Source: Trypanosoma brucei (taxonomy: Eukaryota). Taken from it: DNA of 64,000 bases. The notes beneath the pieces were generated by a model. That model ran no database searches, was not told the origin of the DNA, and was given only the letters and a program-made list of their open reading frames with translations. The DNA lies in contig CP000069.1 in assembly GCA_000002445.1 (NCBI GenBank), forward strand, positions 1,536,001 through 1,600,000, given 5' to 3'. Made by a program: the position numbers and the translations under genes. This document shows, piece after piece, positions 60,863 through 64,000 of this stretch; within the stretch, counting starts at the first letter, position 1, and every line of letters starts with the position of its first letter.

Positions 60863-63007
60863 GTTGTAGTCCGCGTAACACAAGCATGTTAAATCTTTTG
60901 CTACGGTTGTCACCTGGATTTTTTCTGAAGCCGAGTTGCACCGTTCCGTTCCTGTGCTGAACATCGGTTTCTTCGTCGCTTGTTGGGGTTGATCTCCCGA
61001 CAGAGGGTGCTTTAGGTGTTGTCGTGGCGTTGTTACTAAAGCCTGTATCATAGCGTGAGTCAGCTTTTGCTGTCTACTCGGTTTTATGGCGCCCAGTTGC
61101 ATTTGTTTTACGGCTGTTTCTGTCAGTTGTCGTTCTGGTTCGTCGCAGGTGCGTAAATATTTACGCTTTGCATCTGCTGCCTGTGCCTCTGGAAAACTTT
61201 GTTTTGTCTTCTGCCATGTTTGTTTGCTAAAAGGTGAAAAAATTGGCGGCGTGAAATTAACTGTCAGCGTTGTTACAAAGTACAGTTCCTGTCCGTCGAT
61301 GATCGCGTGTCGTGTGTCGGTTCGTGTTAAGTCTGTTGTGTTGGATTTCTATGAGGACGGCTTGTAAATTGCGCAGAAGAAAGAGAATTCTTTGCTGTTC
61401 TTTGTGGCCGCTGTGTTGGCCAGTGCCGCCGCCAATAGTAGTAACAACGATGTTGGTGCTGTAGCAAATACGCCATCTCCCGACTTTTCATGTCCGTATC
61501 TGTTCATCCCTAGCTTTCAGTCGGGACTTGCAAACTCTGGGGGTTCAGAAACGGAAAAATAGTTGAGTGGCCCCAGTGTCTACAATAAAGTCCACTGCTT
61601 TTCTTTCAAGCTGCTGTTGTTTACCGCGCGTGGCTTTTAGATTGATGAATACGATTTGTATCCATTCACATTATTTCTAGCCGCCTATATCCCTCATCTA
61701 TGAAATATCGTCTTTCGACACCCTATTTTTCCACTAAAATAAAAGCTTTATATTCTCACTATTACTTGCCACCGCTTGAAATCAATACATAACATGAAAA
61801 TCACACGACAGAATAAAAAACAGTCACCACCATCATCTCTGTTGCACCCATTCATTTTTTGTGATGTGGTGTTTTCTTTTGAGTGCCCATGGTACTTCCA
61901 TCCGCCGCATCATATGTGACTTCGTAATTTCGGCCCCCAGTTTCGCCACTTCTTCCATTTCATACTTTATGTGCTTCATTCTGGGCCTTGAGAATGATTA
62001 ATTCTAAACATTGAAGAGGAGTATCTGTTGTTCTCTTCCTAGGAACTTCTTACATTTGTAACGTAGATTGTCATTGGTCTTTCATTTGTTCCATTTTTAA
62101 ATAATTATCTGATAGCTGTCGATTTCTTGCACGTGAGCGACACAAAAGCTACAACAGGATAAAAGTCTCATGAGAAATGGCTCATCTATTCTGACTTATT
62201 CCCTCTGTGTTAGATTCACTTGTATTATTTAAAGTCACCTTGTTTTTAATCTACTAAATAAGCTATTTAAGTTGTGCCTACACACCTCTAATTGCATGGC
62301 CCCAGAAAAACAATGAAATGCTTCGTTCTATCGAATATTTTTACCAACTCTACTGTGCATAGGGTGTTAATAAGGTTAAATGCTTCTACACTGCCTTTTA
62401 ATGCAATAATTTTATTTTTGTCTCTTTTCATTTGCCATTTCTATGGTTTTCCGGATAGTTTTCAAAATCTTTAAATGTTGTGATATTTTTTGAGCTTTAC
62501 ACGTATGTTTAGGTACAATCATTCTCTGCATACTTGTTCACTTCTCTCAAGTTCCAAATTCTGTTCATAGCTGCACTCTCACAAGAATTACACGTAATTT
62601 ATTAGCTACACTTTCTGCATTAGATAGTTTTTTTCCATAATGCTGCTTTCAGTAGAAATAATGCATTCTTCGAGGAATTCTCAGTAACATGTGGGAAATA
62701 GTAGGCTTAGTCTCTTGCCACACTCACTGCTTCTCCGTTGCAAATTTAGAAGCTTAATTTGTCTTCAAAACTGTACTCTGTCTTTTCATCATCTTACCGT
62801 GTATAACAATGAGCAGTTCCATGTTATTGTTTGACACTCCACATATTCTGTCTCCTTTTTCTTTTCTTTACGCCTTTCTTAATAATATTATCCGTTCCCT
62901 CCCCTTTCCCTCTTACTCACTGTCCCTCCTACTCACTTTGATTTCGCACTTACCACTGTTCAAATATTTTATTTTTTTCTGTCCATATAGTCTTCATACT
63001 AACTCCT

Positions 63008-63350
<343 letters not shown>

Positions 63351-63629
63351 GTAAATATGCACAATAACAGTACAATGCCATCATTAATATCATTACTTTT
63401 ATCATTATTACCCTAAATTGCTCTTAATATACATAAAATAAACAAAATAAACCTAATCAGAATAGCACCCACTTTTAACACCTTATCACCTTATGACTTA
63501 GCAGTCATATACAACATTAATACCAAAAGCTGAAATATATATATATTTTTACAAATTCTCTAGAAAAAGCTCCATAAATTTTACAAAATAGAGCAAAAAT
63601 AGTTAGAGGTAAAATTCGACGAAACTCAT

Positions 63630-64000
63630 AAAAGCAGCAGCCATACTCAGAGCAAATTTCTAATTGACGATAAAACTACGATTTCTGCACTTCTCCTTTT
63701 TTGTATCCTTATCATCTTCACCATATTTACCCTTTCTAAATGCACAATTGTGTTTGTCACCTGTTTTGTCAGCTTCACAATTAGACATATTTGGTGTGTT
63801 GCATACACAGGTTTATCAGCTGCGTGTTCTGCATCTCTTGTCCCTACTGCTGTGTTTTCTTTTCCTGTCTCTTTAGGTTTGCATTCCTTTTGTGTTTTGT
63901 CATATTCGCAGTGTGTTTCCGGACACTCTGCTGGGGTATTGTTCTTTTTGGGGCAGCTCTTGCCGTTGATATTTGTGTCTTTGCCTTTCGGTGCTTGTAC
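63630..64000 (-). pseudogene. VSG C-terminal end (partial at the window edge) with a TAG in place of a conserved Lys/Gln in the GPI signal
   Basis: Minus-strand reading gives '...CEADKTGDKHNCAFRKGKYGEDDKDTKKEKCRNRSFIVN*KFALSMAAAFMSFVEF'. This is the same C-terminal subtype as the VSGs at 17302 and 51573. Confidence 0.65.

Overview
This window reads as a subtelomeric silent VSG array from an African trypanosome (Trypanosoma brucei-like), not a prokaryotic locus. There are about 20 variant surface glycoprotein (VSG) genes, pseudogenes and fragments, all on the minus strand. Each cassette has the standard layout: a 70-bp-repeat block, whose core appears on the + strand as 'tatatacacactcacaacactctcctat' followed by (TTA)n; a co-transposed spacer; the VSG CDS; and a 3'UTR carrying the conserved 16-mer, which appears on the + strand as 'gtgttaaaatatatca'. 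Most VSGs are visibly decayed by frameshifts, premature stops or truncation. Two (3037-4536 and 58443-59975) keep a full-length ORF, though both have unusual GPI-signal tails. The array is interrupted at 9739-14988 by a degenerate, opposite-strand ingi non-LTR retrotransposon. It has the Pr77 5' hallmark, APE, RT, RNaseH and C2H2 zinc-finger domains spread over several frames, and a short poly(A) tail. Four features are not ordinary VSG-array content. First, a ~550-bp element is present as two inverted copies 45 kb apart (15028-15575 and 60285-60862); it has a tRNA-like segment, a Pr77-like motif and a ~277-bp perfectly identical core. Second, a small ORF family has two copies at ~80% nucleotide identity (15599-16130 and 53277-54149). 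Third, a head-to-head pair of telomere hexamer tracts sits inside an A-rich stretch (51281-51421). Fourth, pure (TTA)n runs reach ~417 bp inside 70-bp-repeat blocks. All calls come from reading the sequence and the six-frame ORF track. No database search was possible, so family assignments are by recognisable motifs only.
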